Below are positions 38,635 through 64,000 of a stretch of DNA of 64,000 bases, one piece after another (the first letter of the stretch is position 1; each line of letters starts with the position of its first letter). The stretch lies in the NCBI RefSeq assembly GCF_009914755.1, contig NC_060943.1; one strand, written 5' to 3'. The position numbers and the translations under genes were made by a program. The stretch comes from the human T2T-CHM13v2.0 reference genome, Homo sapiens. The notes under the pieces were generated by a model. It worked only from the letters and a program-made list of their open reading frames with translations, did no database searches and was not told the DNA's origin.

Positions 38635-41219
38635 TTAACTAGTTTGGCGTCTTTAAATTAGAAGACATTAATGTATTTTTTTAAAAGAGAAAGATAGAAA
38701 AAGAAGAAAGAAAAAACAGCCCCTCATGAAATCTTACTCCTTTTGCCAAAACTTGGCATTTTTTATTCTTTCAGAGAATGTGACACAGACCCTCAGAGGA
38801 TGGTGTTTCTATTGCCTTTCCTCTGCTGCAGTGGGTTAATTTCACCTCCTTCAGTGTATAATACGTGCATAATGCTGACTTGATATGTTTTCTGCCATTT
38901 GGCATATTAAAAAGATATCCTTAGTTTTATTCTGATGTTAGTGTGACTGAAATGCAAAGGATACTTTTTGGGGTGCTCTGAACAGCTTTCTGGTATCGTG
39001 TTGAGTTACATTGGAAGAGAGAGTAACTGCTTTTTCAGTTACAGTCTTGTGGCAAACTGAATGACTGTTTTCTGTAGACATTGACTGTGCTACCAAATTA
39101 TTTTTCTGTGTTGTGTTAATGTTAATTCGGCACACAAAATAACCACGTATATCTGTCATGGGTGTGTAAAATTATCCCCAGTTCAGGAAAAAGCGCGTCA
39201 GTATTTAATCTATCTTTATTTAATAGAAGCATTTGCTTCAGTGGACAGGAGACCCACAAGGCCACAAAATAAACTGATTAGATAGCTGCACTGTAATTAT
39301 AGTGTAGTACAGGAAAACTACCCAGTAAATCGGCAGTGAAAATTTTTTGTGAAGCAATTTATTTAGGCTTTAAAGCTGGCCCAGTTGTGGGAGTACAGTG
39401 AGTTCTAGTAAAGTAGAAGCGTAGTGACATCCTGAGTGTAGAAGGGGAAAATGTCATAGTAGCTTCATATGTGGCACTTAGTATTCCTTTATGAAAGATG
39501 AATCAAACATGCTTTTAAGCTCTTGGCCTTTCCCTACATGGGTTTTGTGAGACAGAGTTAAACTCTGCAGAAAATGATTTGAATGACTGTTCTCAGTTTT
39601 CCCTGAGAGGGTACCTACCTAGTTGGCTGTAGATGCAGAGAGAGAAATGAGTTCCTTACACACAGTGGGTGCCTTAGGCTTAGGGCATAATCTTCTCTGG
39701 GAGCCTTGATTGAGAGGGGCTGGTAGGTAATGTGGCTTAAATGTTGCTCATTAGTTTTGCTCTTTCTTTTTTTCCAAATTCAGCTAAGGAGTATAACAAG
39801 TTTTACGCTCTCTCTCTCTTTTTTTCTTGTATGTTCTCTGGAACATGGAATAAAAAGGACAAAAAATTGGCAACCTGAGGAAGAGGACAGACAAGGGGCA
39901 TGAACAAGCCACAACCTCTAAGTGACAATATCTGTAGTCAGCGGTTAGGATCAAATATTTTAACATTGCTTTCACTTACAGTCAATGGTGAAACATTTCC
40001 AAAACAATTTATTTTAGTTAGAACTTCGGTTTGTTTCTATTTTGATCTAGCAATAAAACATGTAAGAAACATTCCCTGCAGCTTTGTTTATAAAGAGAAA
40101 AACTAAAAGTCTGACATTGGGGGATTGGTTAAATAAATCAGGAGCTGTTACGTAGGCATTGAAAACTAGGACAGTATGTATAGGGTGGTTCCAGTTACGT
40201 TTATATAAATATTTACACATTTTACATAGGAAAACACCATTGTTTTAAAAGTACACAATTTTATTATTTTACCTAAAAGTTTGTAAAATTGGATGGGATT
40301 TTTTTTTTTCCAAAAAAAGCTATTGATAAAACTTATTTTAATTTTAACGAAAATTGGAATGTTACTTTAATTGCAAAACACTTTCTGAGCCTGAAAAATG
40401 GCTCTTGGCTGGTTTGAATGCCGGTTAGGCAGGTTTATTTCTTGGTTACTTCAGAGCTGATATATATAATTTATTCAAACAACCATCTTCCAGTTGATTT
40501 CCTTCCCCCCCCAAAGGTTTTATTTAATCTTCATTTGTTATAAGATACAGGGAGAGGAGAGAAATTCAGATCATCCTTTTTTTGTCTTTAACTAAATCTG
40601 TTTTTACTAACAGCAGTAAAATATTTGTTGGAAAAATGGAAGCTTAACCTGTCTAGACTGTGACCTATACCATAAAATGTGTGGTCTAGGACTGTTGTGG
40701 AGTGTCTTGGGCTGTTCAGGGAGGTTTCCTTGTACTAAGATCTTGTTAAATCTGATTCTAAGAATTGCATTATGTTGAAATTTTTGTTTCTTGGCTAAGG
40801 TGATGTTTCTGAGATACCTGTATTTTATCTCTAGATACTATTAGCTTTTATTAGCAGAACTACTGAGATTTTATTGTAATATTTTAAAAAGTGGTGGATC
40901 CAGTATCGTTTTTATAGGCTTATTTGCAGGATAATAGTAAGATTAGAAAATTCATTAGGATAATATATTTATAATTGAGTGCCTCATGTAGTTCTCACTT
41001 GGAATTTTGGAATAGCTTATACTTCCTGATATAGATCCTTGGGGAATTAAATGCATTAAGAGTAAATATTTTAAATTTTTTATAAAGCAGAACAGCTAAT
41101 TTAACTTAATGGAGGGTTTTCATATTTCTTGTGATAAACTAAACTGCACATAGTTTAAAGAACTGTCAGCCACGTAGGCCATATAACAGCTATTCTTTCC
41201 AAGCCTAGAATCCATGCCA

Positions 41220-42960
41220 TAGAATTTATGTAACAAATATTTAATGAGTATCTACTACATGCCAGGCATGTTCTGCTGAGTGTGCAGTAATGAACAAAAT
41301 ACAGCAAGTTCTTTCTTTCATGGTTACACTCTAGGGGTGAAGGCATGCAGTTACATAGCCTTACCTTGGGTGTTTGGTAGGTAAGGCTAAGTAGAAAAAC
41401 AGGAAGGTAAGAGGCGTGTAGAGAATGAGGGATGTGAGTGGAGGGATGGTGTCTTCTGTAAGCCATCAGAGAGGGCTTCTCTGTTAGGTTCCATTTGAGC
41501 AGAAACTTGAAATAAGTGGGGAGTGAGCTGTGTGGATATATGGAGGATATTTTAGAGAAGAGCTTTCTAGCCAGTATGAGAGCAGTACCAGATCATTGTA
41601 AGAGTTTTGGTTTTCATATTTGTGAGATGGGAAACGATTGGAATGTGTTTTGAGGCTGATCTTAAATTATATCCATTTGTCATGCATATGTGAAGAAATG
41701 GACGGATGGAATTACATTATAGGGAGCAACTCTGTGTGCCACGCATTGTGATAGATGTTTACAGATCCGATCTTAGAATTTTCATTAATACTGTTTATTT
41801 TTCAGATGAACAGTTTGTTTCTAGTTTTTGCCTGGAACTTTCTCATGGCGTGTTTGTGTCTTCAGTTCCACTTAGAATGCTTTTTCTAAGGTGGTTATAC
41901 CAGTTTACCGCTTGCTAGCAGTGGACAGAAGTTCTCCCTGCTTCAGTCTTTACCACCATGTGTCTTTTCATATTTGCTAGCCAATCTAGTGATGAGTAAT
42001 GAGGTTGATGACCTTTTCAGATGTTTATTGGCTACTTGGATTTTTGTGTTTTGTTTTTGTGAAATACCTGCTCATCTGTTAACTACTTTCTATTGGGATG
42101 TTAGTTATATTCTAATTGATTCATAGTAATGACTGCCTTTCCAATTATATATTGTAAGTTTCTTCCCTGGTCTGTGGCTTGACTTGGAGCACTTACAGTG
42201 GTGTCTGTCCTTTGATCAACAGACATTTTTAATTTTAACAATTGTTTCCTTCATGGTTAGTGTTTTTTGTCTTATTTTTAAGAGGTCTTTCTTACTACTT
42301 TTCTGAAGATATCCTCTTATATTGTCTAATAGAAGCTTTACTGCTTTGCTTTTCACATTGAGAATCTACATTCTACCTGGAATTGGCTTTGTATATGGGG
42401 GAGATTGAGGTCAGGTTTCATTTTTACTGTATGGATACCTAGTTGTCCCATCAGCATTTATTGGAAAGAGTGTCATGTCTCCACCGCATTGTCATCTTTG
42501 TCATAAATCAGGTGACTGTGTAAGTAGATCAGTTTCTTGACTGTTCTGTTGGCTTGTCTGTTCTTGCAGCAAACCTACACTGTCTAAATCATTATGACTT
42601 TGTGTTATCTTGGTACCTGGTACATGGTGGTGTAGTTTTAGTTGTGGTTCCTCAAGATTGCCTTTATTTTCTCCTTTCCAGTCCGTATGCTGTTTCTTTC
42701 TTTTTCTTGCTTTTGATACTGGCCAGTTCAAGTGCTGGTAGTGGGCATCAGGGGTCAACTTTTAAACATTTACCATTAAGTGTGGTATTTACTGTGAGTA
42801 ATTTTTGTATTTGCTTTTATCAGATTAAGGAAATTTCCTTATATTCCAAGTTTGCTATGAGTTTTTATGAGTGGGTGTTGAATTTTAGAAATGCTTTTTC
42901 TAAATTGATTTAATTATGGTAATTTATTGAAAAGAGTATATTTGTTCTGTAAGTTCTGTA
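41220..42960. mobile_element. Degenerate L2 (~41220-41660) and old L1M (~41780-42960, -) fragments
   Basis: CAAATATTTAATGAGTATCTACTACATGCCAGGC is L2-like; TATGGATACCTAGTTGTCCCA..CATTTATTG is antisense L1 ORF2-like. Confidence 0.6.
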
Positions 42961-42994
42961 ACTTCAATAAGTAATGTTGAAGTTACTTTTTTTT

Positions 42995-44390
42995 GCCTTC
43001 AAGCATCTGTTTAACAAAGCACATCTTGCACCACCCTTAATCCATTTAACCCTGAGTGGACACAGCACATGTTTCAGAGAGCACGGGGCTGGGGGTAAGG
43101 TTATAGATTAACAGCATCCCAAGGCAGAAGAATTTTTCTTAGTACAGAACAAAATGTAGTCTCCTATGTCTACTTCTTTCCACACAGACAGCAACAATCC
43201 GATTCCTTTATCTTTTCCCCACATTTCCCCCTTTTCTATTCGACAAAACCGCCATCGTCATCATGGCCTGTTCTCAGTGAGCTGTTGGGTACACCTGCCA
43301 CACGGGGTGGCGGCCAGGCAGAGGGAGTCCTCACTTCCCAGAAGGGGCGGCCGGGCAGAGGCACCCCCCACCTCCCAGACGGGACCGCGGCCGGGCGGAG
43401 GCGCCCCCCACCTCCCGGACGGGGCGGCTGGCCGGGCGGGGGCTGCCCCCCGCCTCCCTCCCGGACGGGGCAGCTGGCCGGGCGGGGGCTGCCCCCCGCC
43501 TCCCGGACGGGGCTGCTGCCGGGCGGAGACGCTCCTCACTTCCCAGACGGGGCAGCTGCCGGGCGGAGGGGCTCCTCACCTCCCAGATGGGGTGGCTGTG
43601 GGGCAGAGGGGGCTCCTGACTTCCCAGATGGGGCGGCTGCCGGGCGGAGGGGCTCCTCACTTTTCAGACGGGGCGGCCGGGCAGAGACGCTCCTCATCTC
43701 CCAGACGGGGTCGTGGCCGGGCAGAGGCGCTCCCCACATCCCAGACGGGGCGGCGGGGCGGAGGTGCTCCCCACATCTCAGACGATGGGCGGCTGGGCAG
43801 AGACGCTCCTCACTTCCTAGACGGGATGGCGGCCGGGAAGAGGCGCTCCCCACTTCCCAGACTGGGCAGCCGGGCAGAGGGGCTCCTCACATCCCAGACG
43901 ATGGGCGGCCAGGCAGAGACACTCCTCACTTCCCAGACGGGGTGGTGGCTGGGCAGAGGCTGCAATCTCGGCACTTTGGGAGGTCAAGGCAGGCGGCTGG
44001 GAGGTGGAGGTTGTAGCCAGCCGAGATCACGCCACTGCACTCCAGCCTGGGCAACATTGAGCACTGAGTGAACGAGACTCCGTCTGCAATCCCGGCACGT
44101 CGGGGGGCCAAGGCTGGCAGATCACTCGCGGTTAGGAGCTGGAGACCAGCCCGGCCAACACAGCGAAACCCTGTCTCCACCAAAAAAATACGAAAACCAC
44201 TCAGGCGTGGCGGCGCGCGCCTGCAATCCCAGGCACTCTGCAGGCTGAGGCAGGAGAATCAGGCAGGGAGGTTGCAGTGAGCCGAGATGGCGGCAGTACA
44301 GTCCAGCTTCGGCTTGGCATCAGAGGGAGACCATGGAGACAGAGGGAGAGGGAGACTGTGGGGAGACGGGAGGGGGAGGGGGAGGGAGAG
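42995..44390 (-). mobile_element. SVA retrotransposon (older B/C-like), 5'-complete and 3'-truncated within SINE-R
   Basis: GGGAGA-type hexamer region ~44325-44390; Alu-like domain ~43950-44325; GC-rich VNTR ~43300-43950; SINE-R ~42995-43300; TSD GTTACTT(T/A)TTTTT at 42982-42994 and 44391-44403. Confidence 0.95.
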
Positions 44391-44869
44391 GTTACTTATT
44401 TTTTAAGAAAGGCACAGTTGTAAGAATATGTTTGCTTGTATAGCCGAAGGCACATTCCGTTTTGTAGGTAGGTGAGTTTTCAGAACTCATTACTTGTAAG
44501 TTTTATTTTAGATAAACTTCTTGTTGTTGGCACTTAGTATTGTGCCAGTAATGTGCCATAAGAAGAGACAACTTTGGTTTTAGTTCTTTGGAAGTTGTCA
44601 ATAAACATAAAACAGTATTTCAAGGAGGAAAAAACCCATTTTCATTGTTTTAGGCTTCTCTAGATTGGAAGAAAAGATGGTAATGGTCCCAAAACACTGG
44701 GGGGAAAGGGGGAAGAAGGTGCGTGGAATCTGTGATTTGGCCATAACTGCTTTATTTTGTTTTACCTGTTGTTATCATTTTTAGTTTAAGAACCTTTTAG
44801 CTTGTATCACTTGCCCTTATCTCCAGAGTGATGTCTCAATCTTTTTAGTCTGTCATATGCAATTTTCCC

Positions 44870-50330
<5,461 letters not shown>

Positions 50331-50424
50331 GTTATCATTTCTTACAAAAGAGGCAGTAATTCCTGGCTGGCCTTGGTAGTTCCACTTTGTTCCTCTTCTG
50401 TCTATTTCCCAGAGTAGTCTTTTT

Positions 50425-50713
<289 letters not shown>

Positions 50714-50728
50714 CAGAGTAGTCTTTTT

Positions 50729-51471
<743 letters not shown>

Positions 51472-51599
51472 TTAAGAATGCAAATTGGATGATGTCATTT
51501 TGTCATTTTCCTGCTTATAATTCTTTTGGATTTATCAGCAGGAAAACCGTAAAAGAAATACAATTTATGTTTTGAAATTTTAAAATGGATTCCAAGTTT

Positions 51600-58780
<7,181 letters not shown>

Positions 58781-58877
58781 TACGCAAGTCTAGACTGAGT
58801 TTTGAATTTACATAGCTACTTGCAGTGATTTAGTGTGATTTGAGATTTTTACTACAGTCTCACTGACAGTGGTGGTT

Positions 58878-59199
<322 letters not shown>

Positions 59200-60574
59200 A
59201 GTGGTGTTTAAAATAAAAATGTACTTCTTTAATTAATGCTAAATAAGATTGCTTTAATTTGACTTTTTTGTTACCTGGGAGTATATTTTCCTGTTTTTTT
59301 TTTTTTTTCTTCTACTTGTATTTACTCTTCAGTGGACTGTTTGTTTCCTTTGAGCCTTTCACAGGCACATTCTCCTCCTAACCTGTGTGGCAAGTTTGCT
59401 ACTCTAAAGTTTTCTTAGTTGCAAATCATACAGATGCTTAGGAAATTATGAAATAATTTACTGTAAGAAGTCAGGAGGGAGTCAAGGGTAGGAGTTTTTT
59501 GGGTCTCTGTGTTTTGTTTTCTTGTACATTTATGTTGTTTCCTGTACCAGCTGCTTTAGATGGTTGGTTAGCTTGTGCAGATCCTATAGTGGTCTTTCTT
59601 TTAGGACCAGAATCTGTAATCACCTCAGGCTCTGATGTCCAAAGTAAATGAGGTTGGTCCAGTTAGCAGCAGGTATCTATCCTCTCCCTTTATTGTGGCT
59701 ACAGACGGAGAAATGGGATTCTTTACCCATTCTTTATGGGAGAAGGGCAGGGTTTCTACGAGGAAGGCATGTGAATGGAGAAGAAATGATTGATAATCTC
59801 TGATAAAACAGTGGGCATGCAAGGTGGAATTCAGGCAGTATTTCAGATTCAGAAATGTAGGTCACAATTTCTTATCTGCAGTTCGGAAGCCTGAAAAGCA
59901 CTGAAAACACAGTTATTCTTAAGTTTATGGCATATTCATTGTTGACAAAACTGGAACTTATATGGGTGAGGCATTTATTACATTTTGAATATTCATATGT
60001 TTCATTGCAAATGTTATGTTTACTACATGGCCCTACCTCATGGAGCTTTCAGCCAGAACAGTTAGAGTTCCTGGATCTCTAGTTCAAGTCACCCCCAAAA
60101 CCCTCCAAACATGTAAACGTCTTCATTCTTAGAAGTATTACTGAATGTATGTGTCACCACTCTTAAAATATTTCCAATAGGAGAAAACTGTAATAGAATA
60201 CTTAAGATAGTGAGTAATGATTACTGAAAGAAAAAAAGAGCCCAGTTTGTAGGTAAAGCCAACAAGGGAGGGAGATGTATAGTGCCAGAGCACGTTAGAC
60301 ATAGTCCGATATTTGTGTAAAACGAGACTAGATTGGCATACAGGAAAAAATGCTTAGAAGCCTGTGTAGGAGGAATCTGGCTCAAACATAAAGGTAAAGA
60401 TTAAGGAGACTTTTGATTCCATCTTAGCTAACATTTTAAATAAGAACATGTAAGTGTTTTCAGAAGTGGCTCCATATAATTGGACTTAGCTTTCATTAGC
60501 AGTTTTGCTTTGCAGCATATTTGGAACATAATTTGTTTAAAATTGAAATGGTTTTCTTTACTTTTATGGTGGTT

Positions 60575-60873
60575 GATTTATTTATTTATTTATTTATTTT
60601 TGGGGACAGGGTCTCTGTCTGTCTCCCAGGCTGGAGTGCAGTGGTGTGATCTCGGCTCACTGCAACCTCCACCTCCTTGGTTCAAGCAATTCAAGCTACC
60701 TGAGTAGCTGGAATTACAGGCATGCACCACCACACCTGGCTAATTTTTGTATTTTTGGTAGAGACGGGATTTCACCATGTTGGCTAGGCTGGTCTGAACT
60801 CCTGGCATCATGTGATCTACTGGCCTGGGCCTCAAAGTGCTAAGATTACAGGCGTGAGCCACTCTGCTCAGGC
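60575..60873 (-). mobile_element. Alu
   Basis: TSD TATGGTGGTT at 60565-60574 and 60874-60883. Confidence 0.95.
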
Positions 60874-62959
60874 TATGGTGGTTTTTATACAGCAACACTC
60901 AGTTTATTACAGTTTATCCCAGTGCTTATTGCATTTTTTTCTGTTAGGAACCTGTAGTCAATTCCTCCCTTATTTGCAAAGGGGTTTACTTAAAAGATTT
61001 GTAATTTTTGTAAATTTTGTTGAAAGTACACTATTTGTATACTTTGGTAATGATATTTATACATCTACTTGACAAATCTATCTTTTAAGAAATTATTTTC
61101 AGCTTTTAAGTAACTGTCACATAACATGTATGTCCAGTATCCATTGGCTTCAGCTCCCACTGATACTATTTTCTTTTTGACTCAGCAGCTTTAAAACCAA
61201 AATAGTAAGATCTGTCTTGAAGCCACAGTCTAGCAGGAGAAGCAAACTATATAAATTTAGACAGCTCTGATTAGCACAGTTCCCAAACTGTTATATTATG
61301 CATTAACCCATACAGGAAGAATTTAAAATTGCAGTATGGTGAGACAAGTTTTAGAAGTGAAGCATTTTTGAGAAAAGTATCAAAGATGAAGAAGTACTCT
61401 TGACCTTTTAGGCTTTCTGTTCCAGTCTAGTTTTAGTGTGGCATTGTATTTAACTTGCCTTAGAAACTCATAGGTTTATGCCCTCTTGTGGTCTGTCACC
61501 AATATAAATAGCACAAATGAAAATTTTAAGTACTGGAGATCTTACTGCATGTTACTGCTCTCCTTTATAAAATAATTTTTAAAAAGCAGCTTCTGAGGAA
61601 CAACAGCTAAGAAATTATTATTCCTGTCTTCCATATAATGTGTGGAGCTTAAAAGTTACCAAATGTTATTTTAACCCTTGGTAACAAAATGTATGTGTAT
61701 GTTAGGTGGACACTAATGAACAGAAAAATATTTTTGGATGGGCTGTCCATCATTGTCCTTCTAGGTGTCTAACCCTATTAATTTATAAGTGTCTTAAAAA
61801 TATGATGAGGTGTGATAGTAATTGTAGGGCTAGCACATTACCCTTCTACCTTCACCTAAACATACACAGATATACTAGTAAATGATGCTTGGGAAATGTG
61901 TTTATACTTGTTTCATCTGAAAGGGTCAGGAGCTGTAGGAGGCATTGGAAGAAATAAGGATTATAATGTTAGTGAATTGGTGAACTTAAGCTTACAGAAT
62001 TTGCTTTTACTGACATGATTGGCAAGGTCTTATTTGTGAGTGTGGGACTGAGGAACTAACTAGTGGAGGAGAAACAGCAATAGCAGTCAGTGTTTTAAGA
62101 CTGCAGCTGTAACCAGTGTTTTTCTGCTGTTATCCAGTAAGCCGCATGATGGTTGGAAGCAGGCCAGTATAGGGACTGTGCACTTTAGGATTAGATAGAA
62201 TCCCTGATAGAAAGACTTGGTTTTAAAACTGGTCTCATCTCTTACCAGTTCCTGGACAGTTGTGTAATATTAAGTAAGTTACTTCATCTCTGAATACAGG
62301 TTTCCTCTCCAAATAAAGATTTAAACCGCCTCCATTGAACTCTTTGCAGTTCGTTTTGTCACATGCAGTGTTGGCATATACTCCTGTTGTTATTGCTCAT
62401 AGGTTAAAGACAGTTTTGTGTTGCAAAGAATGGATACCATATGACTTTGTAGCCACTGGGTTGTTGGTAAAGACTCCTAAATAGTGGTAAATCAGCTCAT
62501 AGTTCTTTTTCTTTACTGTGGACTTACTGCTGTACTTCTATGTAGGTACATACTTTATTATAAATTCTTGAGTGTAAACGAGGTCATTATGTTAAAGAAT
62601 TTACTAGTTCAGGTATTTTAAAGTTGAAGCCTAGTAACTATTTTTAAGAAAAATGAAAATAATACAATAAGTTTTTTTTCTTTAGGGGCACTATTTGCAT
62701 GTTTTGGCAGGTTTAAAAAATAAACAAAAACTAGTTTTGTTCTTCCATTGTGGTCTTACTTTTGTGGAGGACAACAAAGTAATGAAATGTTTTTGTTTCT
62801 TTTGCTGTGTTTTTCAAGTGTTGCTTGTAGAACAAGGCTCGCTGCCTTATGGTTACTTTTAAAATTTAATACTTAAAGTAATTAATCTGAGTCCCCTTTC
62901 AGGAGAAATAAGATTATTTAGAATAATTTAACTTAAGGGAAAAATATTTGTTTTTATAA

Positions 62960-63307
<348 letters not shown>

Positions 63308-64000
63308 AAATTTACTAATTTTTTCTTTTGAATAACTTGCTGTGAAATAGAAGACAACTAAAAAAAAAACCCTCTAAATATAATAGAACTGCTTGGGCTT
63401 AAATCTTTTCTGCAAGTAGGTGGACCATAAATCATATAAACAAAGATAACCTAGACATGCCATCAGAAGGCTAGTCTATATATTTTTATATCTACCTCTT
63501 TCATCTTTCCCCTTATTTCTGATTTCCCAAATGTCACTTCTTTAGTTTACATTTGGATAGTGCTTATTTGAAGTCTCTGATATTCTACACACTATATGTA
63601 ACTAATAAAGACTTTAAAATGTAAGGCAGCATTTTGGTAGTGAAAATTTCTCTTGTACATTGTGAAATGGATTTTGTTGTTCGTCTATCTTCCTAGGGAG
63701 ACTGTTTAAGGGAAGTAAAAGGAACAGGGCAAGAATGGCCGGAACGAAGTGGAGGGTAGACTATGGGGAGTGATGGCAAGAACACATGCCATTCTACCAG
63801 TGACTTGTTTCTTAAACATAAAAAGCATATGTGCCAAATTTGCATATTTACTAATTAAAAAGGCTTCCTGGAAACATTAGGTAGACTATCTTCTATAACC
63901 TTTAACACCGTCACTAATGGATATAGCTTAGAAGATTTCCTCGAAGGTCCTTTAAATAATGTAAATGATTATGAATGTGTAACTAGTTAATATGCAGCTA

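Noticed and set aside
39755-39800. Polypyrimidine tract plus CAG resembling a splice acceptor
   Set aside because: Does not encode the expected URI1 exon 2 and I found no convincing paired donor; a cryptic exon would need RNA data
43166-44071. 301-aa and 243-aa ORFs
   Set aside because: Read through the GC-rich SVA VNTR; typical artefact
43300-44300. Apparent second CpG island or promoter
   Set aside because: Explained by the SVA VNTR and Alu-like domain; such elements are usually methylated

Overview
Primate genomic DNA, very probably human 19q12, and mostly repeat-derived (about 55-60 Alus plus L1, LTR, DNA-transposon and SVA pieces). The only real gene is the 5' end of URI1 (+ strand), recognised from its N-terminal peptide. 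A CpG-island promoter at ~36.3-37.4 kb carries coding exon 1 (ATG 36993, donor after 37109). A distal alternative first coding exon lies at 18133-18195 and has the same splice phase. The rest of the window is intron 1, and exon 2 was not found here. There are two full-length processed pseudogenes: PPIA (+, 15571-16619, ORF still open for 156 aa) and RPL9 (-, 50729-51453, frameshifted). Other elements include a 3'-truncated antisense SVA, an LTR10 solo LTR with AP-1 repeats, a Charlie1 transposon, a MER53 MITE, a long fragmented old L1 and a 1-kb polypyrimidine tract. I see no convincing new gene system. The observations most worth checking are: (1) both retrocopies inserted at an L1-endonuclease site already used by Alus, with insertion order readable from the TSDs; (2) a perfect 28-bp-arm palindrome just upstream of the distal exon; (3) two uORFs in the URI1 leader; (4) competing start codons in the distal exon. 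Repeat subfamily names and pseudogene numbers come from recall, not from a search, and most repeat boundaries are approximate. Most ORFs in the supplied track are Alu, L1 or low-complexity artefacts.
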